A DNA stretch of 64,000 nucleotides from contig OY969811.1 of NCBI GenBank assembly GCA_963703315.1, positions 544,001 to 608,000 of the forward strand. The letters are read 5' to 3'. Source of the DNA: an uncultured cyanobacterium (GTDB taxonomy: Bacteria > Cyanobacteriota > Cyanobacteriia > Pseudanabaenales > Pseudanabaenaceae). A program made the position numbers and the translations under genes. This document shows positions 29,423 to 39,520 of this stretch, piece after piece. How positions within the stretch are numbered: the stretch's first letter is position 1; every line of letters starts with the position of its first letter. The notes under the pieces were generated by a model. It was not told the origin of the DNA. It did no database searches and saw only the letters and a program-made list of their open reading frames with translations.

Positions 29423-31177
29423 ATGGCGCGATCGCAATTTCAACATCTCACAAATTATCTCCGTCCTTACTGGGGTAACTTAGCCGTCGGCACAATTGCT
29501 TTGTTATTGGCAAATGTCCTTGGTACATATATTCCTTGGCTGATCAGGATGGCAGTTGACGATCTCAGCAAGATTACGGCTATTGATTTTCAGCATCTGA
29601 TGGGATATGTATGGCTAATCATTGGCTTATCGTCATTGATGTGGGCGATTCGGATGGTATCCCGCGTCTGGATTTTTGGGATTGGACGTAATGTTGAGAA
29701 TAGTCTCAAGCAAAAAATCTTTGAACATTTATTAAAGCTACCACCCAGCTACTTTGCCAATAATTCCGCAGGACAGACGATCAGCATTGTCACTAGTGAT
29801 GTAGAAAATATTCGCCGTCTGTTGGGATTTGCGGTACTCAGCATCATCAACTCAATTTTTGTCTATGCTCTGACACTACCAGCCATGATCGCCATTGATC
29901 CGATGCTGACTTTGCTATCAATTTCTGTTTATCCCATGATGTTAGCGATCGTGCAGAGATTTAGCGCTCAGTTGCGTGATGAACAGATGAGATCTCAAGA
30001 AGAATTATCAAATGTGAGTTCTCTTCTACAAGAAGATCTCAATGGCATCTCACTGATTAAAACTTACGCACAGGAAGAGAATGAACTCAATGCTTTTAGT
30101 AAGTTGAATAATCGATTGCTAGATGCAAACTTACAAATGGCACGAAGCCGTAATATTTTATTTCCGTTATTGGGCGGTATCGCCAGTATTAGCTTTTTAG
30201 TATTGGTTTGGTTCGGTGGCGAAAAACTGGCTAATCCTGCCAATACAACTTTTAAAATTGGTGATTTGCTGACACTAATTATTTATGTAGAACGATTGAT
30301 TTTCCCGACCGCAATTTTAGGATTTGTGATGGTGACTTATCAACGAGGATTAGTGAGTATTGGACGGATTCAAGGGATTCTCGATATACCACCCGCCATT
30401 GTCGATGACCCCGATGCGATCGCAATCGACAAATCCCAAACTAAAGGCGAAATTGAAGTCCGTAATCTTAGTTTTACCTATCCCAATGCAAATATTCCTG
30501 CGCTTAACCAAGTAAGTTTTTCAATTAATTCAGGGGAAATTGTAGCGATTTTAGGGACAATTGGTTCTGGAAAATCGACTTTTGCCAATGCCTTAATGCG
30601 GTTAGTCGAAGTTCCATCCCATCAAATTTTTATTGACGATCGCGATATTACCAAAATTAAGATTGAGGATCTGCGATCGCTGATTTCCTTTGTACCTCAA
30701 GATAGCTTCCTCTTTAGTGCGACGATACGTGACAATATTCGCTATGGCAAGCCGCAAGCTCTTGATCATGAGGTGGAGTACTTTGCAAATCAAGCGCGGA
30801 TTGAGCAAGAGATTCTCAAATTTCCACGGAAGTATGACACTTTAGTTGGTGAGCGTGGTATTACTCTATCTGGAGGGCAGCGTCAGCGCACTGCTCTAGC
30901 TAGAGCTTTACTGGTTGATGCACCAATTTTAGTTTTAGATGATGCTCTCTCTAGTGTCGATAATCAAACTGCTGTCGGCATTTTAGGAAATCTACCTCGT
31001 GATAAAACCGTCTTATTTATTACCCATAATCTATCGGCGGCGGCAACCTGCGATCGCCTGATTTTGATGGATAGCGGTAAAATCGTCCAAGTGGGAACCC
31101 ATGAGGAGTTGCTTGCAAATTCACTCCTTTATCAAAAACTTTGGAATCAGCACAAACTGGAAGCCGTGCTTAAGTAA
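29423..31177 (+). CDS. ABC exporter, fused permease/ATP-binding (MdlA/MsbA-like)
   Basis: TM domain; Walker A GTIGSGKS, signature LSGGQRQR and Walker B ILVLDD. Confidence 0.93.
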   Translation: MARSQFQHLTNYLRPYWGNLAVGTIALLLANVLGTYIPWLIRMAVDDLSKITAIDFQHLMGYVWLIIGLSSLMWAIRMVSRVWIFGIGRNVENSLKQKIFEHLLKLPPSYFANNSAGQTISIVTSDVENIRRLLGFAVLSIINSIFVYALTLPAMIAIDPMLTLLSISVYPMMLAIVQRFSAQLRDEQMRSQEELSNVSSLLQEDLNGISLIKTYAQEENELNAFSKLNNRLLDANLQMARSRNILFPLLGGIASISFLVLVWFGGEKLANPANTTFKIGDLLTLIIYVERLIFPTAILGFVMVTYQRGLVSIGRIQGILDIPPAIVDDPDAIAIDKSQTKGEIEVRNLSFTYPNANIPALNQVSFSINSGEIVAILGTIGSGKSTFANALMRLVEVPSHQIFIDDRDITKIKIEDLRSLISFVPQDSFLFSATIRDNIRYGKPQALDHEVEYFANQARIEQEILKFPRKYDTLVGERGITLSGGQRQRTALARALLVDAPILVLDDALSSVDNQTAVGILGNLPRDKTVLFITHNLSAAATCDRLILMDSGKIVQVGTHEELLANSLLYQKLWNQHKLEAVLK

Positions 31178-31191
31178 TGATGCATCGTAAT

Positions 31192-31331
31192 AACCCCTCC
31201 CTAGCCCTCCCCTTGCAAAAGTGAGGGAACGTTTCATTGGGAACAATCGTATTAGTTCTATATCCCCTTGCAAAGGTGAGGGAACGAGATTTCTAGTTTT
31301 CCCCCTTTGCAAGGGGGAATTAAAGGGGGTT
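31192..31331. repeat. Cyanobacterial CCCCTTGCAAGGGG-type dispersed repeat cluster
   Basis: tccccttgcaaa(a/g)gtgagggaacg occurs twice, plus ttccccctttgcaagggggaa. Confidence 0.7.
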
Positions 31332-31394
31332 TTAAACCTTGTGTGTACATGGTAGACGCTGAAATGCGGCTTTCAATTCATTGTTGCGTAAGTC

Positions 31395-34025
31395 CTAGGT
31401 CGTTTGAAAGATCGTTTCGATCGCAACTACCTCAAGGGGGCGAAACAGGAAAAATCCTTGACCATCGCCTTCTCTGCTAAGTAGATCTTGGAGATAATTT
31501 AACTGCTCTAAGTTCTCAATACCTTCGGCGACAATGTGAGCTTTAACACTTTGCGCCAAAGAGACAATTGCTTGCAGGATTTCTGCACCACTGGAATTAG
31601 CATGAATATTGTTGACAAACGAGCGATCTATTTTCAATCCGTCAAAAGGAAACTTATGTAAATAGGCGAGAGAAGAGTAGCCCGTACCAAAATCATCAAT
31701 ATAAATCTTAATTCCTGCTTCACGCATTTTCTGCAAGACACTGACTGCAAAATCAGGATTTTCCATCAGAGAACTTTCTGTCAATTCAATTTTGAGATAT
31801 TCCGCCGATAGCTTAGTCTCTTGGAGAATGTTGAGACATTTTTCTAATACATCATCTTGTGCTAGTTGCTTTGGTGAGAGATTGACACTGATGGTAATAT
31901 CCTTAGCCTTTTCAAAGTTTTGATGCCAAGACTTAATCTGTAAGCAAGCATTTCGCATAATCCAATCCCCAATCGGAATAATCAGTCCTGTTTCTTCAGC
32001 AAGGGGAATGAAATAGGTTGGTGATACTAAACCACGCTCAGGTTGTTGCCAGCGAATTAGCGCTTCTAATCCGACAATTTGCATATCATTTAGAGAGAGA
32101 ATTGGTTGATAGTAAATTAGAAATTCTTGCTGAGTTTGATGAGGGTCTTGAAGTAACGCGACCGCTTTGCGTAAGTCCTTTTCGAGTTGTAACCGTTCTA
32201 GAACTCGCTCTCGCATCGCAACATGGAAGATCTTGATACATGAATTACCTGTTTTTTGGGCATAAAACATGGCTGTATCGGCATCTCTAAGTAGTAGATC
32301 AGGCGAAATCTCTAGAGGATCGGTTTCTGGATCTGCATTGATTTGATGGAACTTGATGCCAATATTAGTAGCAATCCCGATTTCATGTCCTGCGATCAAA
32401 AATGGTTTTTGTAACCTATTTTGAATTTGCTCAGCGATGTTAGTTGCTGTTTGCTCATCGACTAAATTTTCTAGCAAGATCACAAACTCAGCGCCACCAA
32501 AACGCGCCATGGATGCATTAGTACGCACAACATCGCGCAAACATTTGCTGACTTCAATTAGGAGCAAATTCCCAGTCGGACGACCAAAAGTATCATTAAT
32601 AGTTTTGAAACGATCTATGTTAACCCAGATCACTGCTAGCAGAGGAGATAACGTTTCACAGTCTAGGGAAGTAGGGGACTGTTTCGCTGCTGAGTTCGGA
32701 GAAACAGTCCTTTGTACTTCGCTTGCTTGAAAAGCACTATAGCGATCGGTCGTAGATACATCTTGGGGATTGAGAAGGTTTCGGAGTTTTGCTTCCATGA
32801 AAGAACGATTAAATAACCCTGTTAAACGGTCATGGGTAACTTCATATTGAATTTGAGCATCAGCAATATGCAGCGATCTCTGCATTTGCCAGCGCTCTTG
32901 AATTGCGATCACAAAACCTGTGATCAGAAACATCAACATCGGAATAGCGATCTTAAGCCAGTAGTTGTTGCTAAAAGCGATAAAAGCGATCGCTAGCCAT
33001 AGTCCAGATAACACAAACGCACTAATGCTCCCCAGCCATAGATTACGTCTTGGTAAGATCAAACTAATCAACAGACTTCCCAATAGAGCAAAGCTCCAGA
33101 TATCCTGATTGCCAATTACCGAAAGCGAACTTTTTTGCAGGAGATTTTGCAAAACCATAGCGTGTAAATGGACTCCATTTGCAGGAGGATTGCGATCGAA
33201 GGGAGTCACTAAACTATCTAGACCTGATGCGGTTACGCCCACTAAAACAATTTTGTTGCGAAACTCAGAAACAGCAACTTTGCCATCGATGACATCACTA
33301 AATGAGAAGTGAGGGATATTATTGACTCGTTGTGTCCAATTAATGGTTACAGTCTGGTTTAAGTCTGGTAATAGAGTTATAGATTTGGAAGTTAAGTTAT
33401 AGGTTTGCAATATTGACACTGCTAAGGATGGAACATCTTGGATCTGCAAATCCATTTGACGGACAATGCCATCGCCTTCTTCTCGTTTGAGAATATGCCC
33501 AACCGCTACACCTGCATTACTAAGGGGGGAGATCGGCAAAAGTGGCTGTCCCGAATTGTCCCAAGCCATTGATAGAACTACTCTCTGATATTTGCCGATC
33601 GCTTCTGCTAGTTGTTGATCTTCGGCACTGGCTTCAGACCAGAGAATGTCAAAGCCGATCACACTAGTTTCAGTTTGAGCGAGTTTTTGCAAAAGTTGGA
33701 CATAATAATCGCGTGTCCAAGGGAATCTACCGATTTTACGAATGCTCACATCATCGATCGCCACGATTACTAAGCGTTCATCCCAAGGGCGATCGCCACG
33801 CCAGTTCGTAAAACTATTGTATGCCCACAATTCGATGGGTTGTAATGCTCCCAAATACACCATCGCGATGATGATGATCGAGGCAAATGCAGTGGGTACA
33901 GCTCGCCAAACTAAATCAACTAGAAGCGATCGCCATCTTTGAATGCGATGATTTGCGAACAGTCGAGAACATAGTTGCGTAATCGATTCAGAGAATGGGG
34001 ATCTCATAAGCTTGTACTTTCCCAA
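31395..34025 (-). CDS. CHASE2-GGDEF-EAL signalling protein, probably a c-di-GMP phosphodiesterase
   Basis: CHASE2 (VAIDDVS...GRFPW, GVHLHA), TM helices, degenerate GGAEF, intact EAL and DDFGTGYSSL. Confidence 0.9.
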   Translation of the reverse strand: MGKYKLMRSPFSESITQLCSRLFANHRIQRWRSLLVDLVWRAVPTAFASIIIIAMVYLGALQPIELWAYNSFTNWRGDRPWDERLVIVAIDDVSIRKIGRFPWTRDYYVQLLQKLAQTETSVIGFDILWSEASAEDQQLAEAIGKYQRVVLSMAWDNSGQPLLPISPLSNAGVAVGHILKREEGDGIVRQMDLQIQDVPSLAVSILQTYNLTSKSITLLPDLNQTVTINWTQRVNNIPHFSFSDVIDGKVAVSEFRNKIVLVGVTASGLDSLVTPFDRNPPANGVHLHAMVLQNLLQKSSLSVIGNQDIWSFALLGSLLISLILPRRNLWLGSISAFVLSGLWLAIAFIAFSNNYWLKIAIPMLMFLITGFVIAIQERWQMQRSLHIADAQIQYEVTHDRLTGLFNRSFMEAKLRNLLNPQDVSTTDRYSAFQASEVQRTVSPNSAAKQSPTSLDCETLSPLLAVIWVNIDRFKTINDTFGRPTGNLLLIEVSKCLRDVVRTNASMARFGGAEFVILLENLVDEQTATNIAEQIQNRLQKPFLIAGHEIGIATNIGIKFHQINADPETDPLEISPDLLLRDADTAMFYAQKTGNSCIKIFHVAMRERVLERLQLEKDLRKAVALLQDPHQTQQEFLIYYQPILSLNDMQIVGLEALIRWQQPERGLVSPTYFIPLAEETGLIIPIGDWIMRNACLQIKSWHQNFEKAKDITISVNLSPKQLAQDDVLEKCLNILQETKLSAEYLKIELTESSLMENPDFAVSVLQKMREAGIKIYIDDFGTGYSSLAYLHKFPFDGLKIDRSFVNNIHANSSGAEILQAIVSLAQSVKAHIVAEGIENLEQLNYLQDLLSREGDGQGFFLFRPLEVVAIETIFQTT

Positions 34026-34881
34026 GAGGTGTTTCCACCAATACTTTCACTTTGAGGCTTGAGGGTACTGGCAATTGAATGGAAAACTTGCCACTGCGAT
34101 CTAAAGATTGTTCCTGTCCATCTACCTTAACAGTATTGAAAGGATTCGTGTAACCTATTAGTAAAATGGAGCGCCCTGCCCCTAATGCTTGTTTATTAAT
34201 TAAATATTTCAAACTTGCATCGTTACTGATTGGGACTGGAGTTGATGGAGGAGAACCAACAACCGTAATATTTTGAAATCCTCCATTCACCATTTTGGTT
34301 TGCTTTTGAGCATTTGTGGCGACACTTCCCTCCAAGGTTGTCAGCAACATATTGCCATTGGGTCTGGTATGCACGACAAATTTAGTCCCTCGTACACCAC
34401 TGATACCCGCAGGGGTCTGGATATTAAGCTGAGAACCACGATTGGTAAATTTGCGAATCTGTAATCTTGCCTTGCCACGTGGTACAAACAAATTAGTGAT
34501 GCGACCACTATCGGCAGCAATCTGAAAAGAACGAATTTGAACAGTGGTATTTTCCGATAAGTAAATCGAACCGACACCTGTATCAACACTTAAAACTGCG
34601 GAGCCATTTGCGCCTGTGGAAATTTCATCGCTAGCGGATTGTAAGCGATCGCCTACTCGTGCAGGGCGACTAGCATAGTTGTACAAATTGCGATAAGTGA
34701 CGGCTCCTGATACTTGGTCAACTTTCAACCATTGATCAGCTCGAACTTGGATACTTCCTTGAGCCGCCGCCTTTTGAGCATCTTGATACAACAAAGTAAA
34801 ATTTGAGGTATCAATGAGAATACCTAAGCAAGTTACAAAAATTAGTTTTAGGCTTCCACAGACTTTTCGCTTTTGTGGCAT
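33988..34881 (-). CDS. FecR domain-containing exported protein
   Basis: IQTPAGISGVRGTKF and TLEGSV; overlaps the start of the CHASE2 gene. Confidence 0.85.
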   Translation of the reverse strand: MPQKRKVCGSLKLIFVTCLGILIDTSNFTLLYQDAQKAAAQGSIQVRADQWLKVDQVSGAVTYRNLYNYASRPARVGDRLQSASDEISTGANGSAVLSVDTGVGSIYLSENTTVQIRSFQIAADSGRITNLFVPRGKARLQIRKFTNRGSQLNIQTPAGISGVRGTKFVVHTRPNGNMLLTTLEGSVATNAQKQTKMVNGGFQNITVVGSPPSTPVPISNDASLKYLINKQALGAGRSILLIGYTNPFNTVKVDGQEQSLDRSGKFSIQLPVPSSLKVKVLVETPLGKVQAYEIPIL

Positions 34882-34989
34882 TTCGATAGATGTTAAAAAA
34901 TCATTTGAATAAAGTAAAGGTAAAACACAAGGTCAATTGTGATAGGTCTAACTTTTACTGTTTTATATCGTAAACCCTATAGACGACAT

Positions 34990-35209
34990 AATACCAAAGC
35001 CCAAAATAGCTACGCCATTTTGGGCTTTGCAAACCCTTGCTGGGTTTGGTTTTCAATTCACAAAAGTATCGGCACACTAAAATTAGAGTTGCGGTGCAAA
35101 GCGCCGCAACTCTAATTTGGGGTTTTAAGTAGTTGGGCATAATTAAAAAACATAACCAAAACCTATGGCGCACGCGCAGCGTGCGCCATAGGTTTTGGTT
35201 AGCTACTTA
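34990..35209. mobile_element. Stacked repeat cluster: family D + GC hairpin + family B element
   Basis: ataccaaagcccaaaatagctacgccattttgggctttg...; aaattagagttgcggtgc-aaa-gcgccgcaactctaattt; taagtagttgggcataatt...agctactta (35126-35209), which supplies the stop codon of the NurA-like gene. Confidence 0.75.
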
Positions 35210-36283
35210 TAGCAGTTCATAATTAGCTGATTGGGCTAGAAAATCTCGTAAACGCCGTGAAATTAATTCGCGGCTACCCATTCTGCGCCCAAGCTCTTTT
35301 TCTAATGCCCCAACAGGAGTAAGGTTTTGTGGCGCACGGGGATCGCGGGTCGGATGGGAGGCATATTGGGGAATTAAATAGGTGCTTTGATCGGCGATCG
35401 CCTTAGCCCGATTTAGATCAAGACCACCATCAAGGTCAATGCGAATAATCCCGTGTAAGTCGTGATAGCCCAGTTTTTTGTAATTTATATCTTTACTTCC
35501 CGATCGCAAATACCAACTGAGATTCGAGCCATGAGTATTAGAAATCCGAAAAATCGGGGTGCGTTCTCCCAATTTTAGCGATCGCATGACTTGGGCATTG
35601 TCACCTTTAAGATAGGCTTTACCCATTGTTTTGACATAGCCAATCGTATCGTAGGGAGTTTGATAAACGCGATAGAGCAGAGGACCATCCCGCACAATCA
35701 GCGTATTTTCTTGAATCAATTCCTTATTTAAAGAAAGCTCATTCGCTATTCTTAACTCCTCATCGAGCATGGCACTCTGGACTATTTGCGAAGGGGTATC
35801 AGGATCGTTGTTACTACTCGTGAGGCAATAGTCATATTTCAAATCGCCTCGACCACTGACAGGACAAGGGATTACCGTCGGTGGAGCCGTGAGATTACCT
35901 CCCAAAGCGATAATTCTTCTTACTTTCGTCGCAATACATTTAGCACGACTGATGGTTCGATCAACTAATACTGCACCAACGGCGATCGTAGCAAAGGCTC
36001 CGTATAAAATGTCATCATCACTGCGTCCCAAAAACCTTGCATCCAGCCGTAAGCGCCCATCAATAAACAAAATTTGATGAGGAAGTTCTGGGGCGATCGC
36101 CGCACGGATCGGTTGCCATTCCCCATTGCTAACTTCAAATTCGGTATTTACCTTGTCACTAGTGGGGATTTCTTCAGGATTGATACTGACTGGAGCATCG
36201 TAACCAATGCTCCAAGGTTCGAGTCGAATATTGTATTCACTCCAAAAGTTTTTTGCTATAGGTGTTGCAAGGTTAGTCATCAT
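35207..36283 (-). CDS. NurA-family nuclease (RNase H-like fold)
   Basis: FIDG, RDGPL, IGYVKT, GERTPIF, SWYLR and DPRAPQNL.PVGALEKEL motifs of bacterial NurA homologues. Confidence 0.75.
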   Translation of the reverse strand: MMTNLATPIAKNFWSEYNIRLEPWSIGYDAPVSINPEEIPTSDKVNTEFEVSNGEWQPIRAAIAPELPHQILFIDGRLRLDARFLGRSDDDILYGAFATIAVGAVLVDRTISRAKCIATKVRRIIALGGNLTAPPTVIPCPVSGRGDLKYDYCLTSSNNDPDTPSQIVQSAMLDEELRIANELSLNKELIQENTLIVRDGPLLYRVYQTPYDTIGYVKTMGKAYLKGDNAQVMRSLKLGERTPIFRISNTHGSNLSWYLRSGSKDINYKKLGYHDLHGIIRIDLDGGLDLNRAKAIADQSTYLIPQYASHPTRDPRAPQNLTPVGALEKELGRRMGSRELISRRLRDFLAQSANYELL

Positions 36284-37056
36284 TTGAGTTTTACTTCCGA
36301 TGATTGATGTAATGGCAACTGTGTAGTTACCGAAGTTCCATCAGTATTAAACAAATCACAGGAAATGGGAAGACGACTAATATTTTTATTGCTACCAATC
36401 ACCACGATCGCCGCTCCTTTGACTAGCTTTTGATTGGGATCGGGATTAATCTCAAACTTTTGATCGTGACTAACGGCAATCACATTCACACCATAGTGAG
36501 CGCGGAGCTTTAGATCTAAAATCGTTTTACCATCAAACTCTTCAGGAACCATGACTTCGACAATGCTATTGTCAGGATCGAGTTCAAAGCGTTCTAAAAT
36601 GCCACGTTGGGTTAGCGATCGCGCTAACGCTCTTCCCATTTCGGCTTCAGGATAAACGACCAGATCTGCACCAACTTTTTTGAGCAATGTGCCATGTACC
36701 TCCGATGAAGCCTTGGCAACGACATGGTTAACCCCTGCTTCTTTCACATTGAGGGTGGTGATAATACTCTCTTCCAAAAAGTTACCGATCGCCACAATCA
36801 CTGTATCAATTTCGAGAATGCCTGATTCTTTAAGGGCGAGGGGATTAGTGGAATCTAACTGAATGCAATGGGCAGCAAGGTTATGCGCTCGTACATAGCT
36901 AACACTCTCTTCATCTTTGTCTACGGCTAAAACTTCATATCCCAATCGATCAAGGGTAGAGCATACTGAGCGCCCAAAACGCCCTAAACCAATGACCGCA
37001 AATTGTTTGTTCTCAGTGCGAAGACTACGAAAAAAGCTTAAAGAAGATATATCCAC
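36280..37056 (-). CDS. ktrA: Ktr/Trk potassium uptake regulatory subunit
   Basis: VIGLGRFG RCK_N domain, GADLVVYPE and TrkA_C domain. Confidence 0.9.
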   Translation of the reverse strand: MDISSLSFFRSLRTENKQFAVIGLGRFGRSVCSTLDRLGYEVLAVDKDEESVSYVRAHNLAAHCIQLDSTNPLALKESGILEIDTVIVAIGNFLEESIITTLNVKEAGVNHVVAKASSEVHGTLLKKVGADLVVYPEAEMGRALARSLTQRGILERFELDPDNSIVEVMVPEEFDGKTILDLKLRAHYGVNVIAVSHDQKFEINPDPNQKLVKGAAIVVIGSNKNISRLPISCDLFNTDGTSVTTQLPLHQSSEVKLK

Positions 37057-37089
37057 AAAATTTTCCTTTCCTAATTATTAAATTTTCTG

Positions 37090-37193
37090 TAAGTAACTGG
37101 GCATAATTAAAACCCAGATCCAAAACCTGTGGCGCACGCTGCGCGTGCGCCACAGGTTTTGGGGTTTTATATTTAATTGCGCCTAGCTACTTA
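37090..37193. mobile_element. Complete family B MITE-like element (104 bp)
   Basis: Terminal inverted repeats taagtaactgggcataattaaa / tttaattgcgcctagctactta around ccaaaacctgtggcgcacgc-tgc-gcgtgcgccacaggttttgg. Confidence 0.75.
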
Positions 37194-37197
37194 ATGA

Positions 37198-38532
37198 TTA
37201 TCCGACCAACATTGACTCTTGGGGATATTTAAGCAAACTAGGTTTGGTATCAGTAAATATCGCTGCCATCAATAGTAATATTCCCACCCGACCGATATAC
37301 ATGGTGGCAATAATTACTAGTCGTCCTGCTACCGATAATGAGCCTGTAATACCTGTGGATAAACCCACTGTCGCAAAAGCGGAAGTTGATTCAAAGAGGA
37401 TACTGATAAAGCTCATATTGCGATCGGTTATTGACAATAAACCTGTTGAACAAATCACCGTAAATAATGAACCTACGGCAACACCTACTGCTTTTAAAAT
37501 TAGTCCATTGGGTACTTGTAATTTATACAAATTGACTTGATCTCGACCTTGCAAAGCGGCTCCAGTACAACTCGCTAAGATCCTTGTGGTTGTGGTTTTG
37601 ATGCCGCCGCCTGTACTGCCGGGGCTTGCACCGATAAACATCAAGGCGATCGTGATAAATAGCCCAGTTACATTCATTTTGCCATTATCAATTGTATTGA
37701 ATCCAGCCGTGCGCGTGGTGACCGACTGAAACCATGCCGCTACAATCTGATCAAACAGGGATAGATTGCCCAGAGTGTCATTATTTTGAAATTCCGTAAA
37801 CCAGAACAATATCGTTCCCAATAGGAGTAAGGCGATCGTGGTACTGGTGACTACGCAAAAGGTCAAGCTAAAGGAAATGTATTCATTATTACGTGAAAAC
37901 TTTGTCCGCAACCATAGATATCCCTCTAAAATCACCTGATAGCCAATGCCACCAAATATAATCAATAAGCCAATAATGATACTGACTATCGGCGTATTCA
38001 CGTAGCCCATTAAGTTATCGGTGAACAGGCTAAAGCCTGCATTATTAAAAGCATTGACACTATGAAAGATTGCTTGCCAAACACTGTCGGTAAAGCTCAT
38101 CTTTTGATTAAAGATGGGAATTAGGGCAAATACCCCAGTCAATTCAAATAGCAGTGTCACGGCAATGATGGACTTCACTAATTGCAAACCGCCACGAATG
38201 CCTGTGGTATCTAGGGATTGCTGCAAAGTTACTTTGTCGCGCAGACTAAATTTACGTCCAATTAGTAACATCAGAACGGAGGTGGCTGTCATATAGCCCA
38301 AGCCGCCCACTTGGACTAAGAGCATTAAAAATAGCTGTCCCCAAAAGGAATAAAACTTACCGACATCTACCACGGATAGCCCTGTGACACATACGGCAGA
38401 AGTAGATGTAAATAAAGCGGTGATGGGGTCTGTCCATGTGCCATTGCTAGAGGATAGGGGCAGCATTAATAAAAATGCGCCTAGGGAGATAACCGCAAAA
38501 AAGCCGAGACAGATGGTTCTAGCAGGGTTCAC
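37198..38532 (-). CDS. ktrB: Ktr/TrkH potassium uptake membrane subunit
   Basis: SAVCVTGL, FNNAGFS, TRTAGFN, GSTGGGIK and SAFATVGLS pore loops. Confidence 0.92.
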   Translation of the reverse strand: MNPARTICLGFFAVISLGAFLLMLPLSSSNGTWTDPITALFTSTSAVCVTGLSVVDVGKFYSFWGQLFLMLLVQVGGLGYMTATSVLMLLIGRKFSLRDKVTLQQSLDTTGIRGGLQLVKSIIAVTLLFELTGVFALIPIFNQKMSFTDSVWQAIFHSVNAFNNAGFSLFTDNLMGYVNTPIVSIIIGLLIIFGGIGYQVILEGYLWLRTKFSRNNEYISFSLTFCVVTSTTIALLLLGTILFWFTEFQNNDTLGNLSLFDQIVAAWFQSVTTRTAGFNTIDNGKMNVTGLFITIALMFIGASPGSTGGGIKTTTTRILASCTGAALQGRDQVNLYKLQVPNGLILKAVGVAVGSLFTVICSTGLLSITDRNMSFISILFESTSAFATVGLSTGITGSLSVAGRLVIIATMYIGRVGILLLMAAIFTDTKPSLLKYPQESMLVG

Positions 38533-38633
38533 ATTTATTTCCGTTTTATATCTCTAAGGTACAAAGTCAATCTTATAGCGATCGCCTATAACAATAACTG
38601 AGGACAGATTAAAAAAGGAACAAATTTCGCCAG

Positions 38634-38981
38634 TCATAAAGGAAGATAGTAGATCTGACCTTCCAATTCTCCTTCGAGACTGCAATCTAAGATGAATAAC
38701 AGATCTTCAATTACTCGCCCAATAGGAGCATCAAAAGTAACTTCAATAACTCCTGTCATGGATTTACCTGCTGCCATTCGCTCATAGGCATAGCGCGTTA
38801 TGGTAGCAACATCATGAGTTAAAAGTACACGATTTTCTTGAGCTGCCCACTCTAGTACAGTTGGATCGTCCTTTCCTGCTAATCCAACATCTCGAACACT
38901 AACTACATCAACATCTGGCTTACGACGTAATACCCCTCTGATAATTGTGTTATCGAAGTTTTCATCAGCTAGAAACTTCAT
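38634..38981 (-). CDS. DUF5615 PIN-like protein (VapC45-type toxin)
   Basis: MKFLADEN...D..VLEWA..ENRVLLTHD; ATGA overlap with the DUF433 gene. Confidence 0.88.
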   Translation of the reverse strand: MKFLADENFDNTIIRGVLRRKPDVDVVSVRDVGLAGKDDPTVLEWAAQENRVLLTHDVATITRYAYERMAAGKSMTGVIEVTFDAPIGRVIEDLLFILDCSLEGELEGQIYYLPL

Positions 38982-39313
38982 GAAGCTTGCTCTACCTGAC
39001 GCGCAACTAATCTGTCGCGTAATCCTTGAGGATCAAATTTTGCCTCGTTCATTTTGCGGATTGTTTGTGCTTGATTTTGCCTTTGCTGTAAATATGTTTC
39101 GACTTCTTGCTGATGATTGAGGTAAAAGCTAATTGTGGTGTAGATATCGGCTAGTTTTAGTGATGGATAACGATAAACAATTTCTTCAGCCGTTGCACCA
39201 TTCTGAAAGGTTTTGATGACTGTATCAAGGGTGACACGGGTTTTGCCAACGCGCACTACGCCATCGATGTCGGTTTGGAGTGGAACTGGTTCGGCAGTAA
39301 CTACTAATGTCAT
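38978..39313 (-). CDS. DUF433 protein (VapB45-type antitoxin)
   Basis: GKTRVTLDTV...GATAEEI..RYPSL.LADIY. Confidence 0.9.
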   Translation of the reverse strand: MTLVVTAEPVPLQTDIDGVVRVGKTRVTLDTVIKTFQNGATAEEIVYRYPSLKLADIYTTISFYLNHQQEVETYLQQRQNQAQTIRKMNEAKFDPQGLRDRLVARQVEQAS

Positions 39314-39520
39314 AATGGTTTTAGGACTTACTACTATTCATAATAATGCGAATACTTGATAAGTAATCATCTTCTAAATATTATGCCTTCCTAAATCAAA
39401 CAATGATTTAATTTACCAAACCTGTTGCGTACTTGTGAATAAGATCAGCTAATATTCGATCAAGCAATCTAAAACAGATAAATTATTGTATCAATGAATG
39501 TAAAAAAGAAGTAAAAAGCC

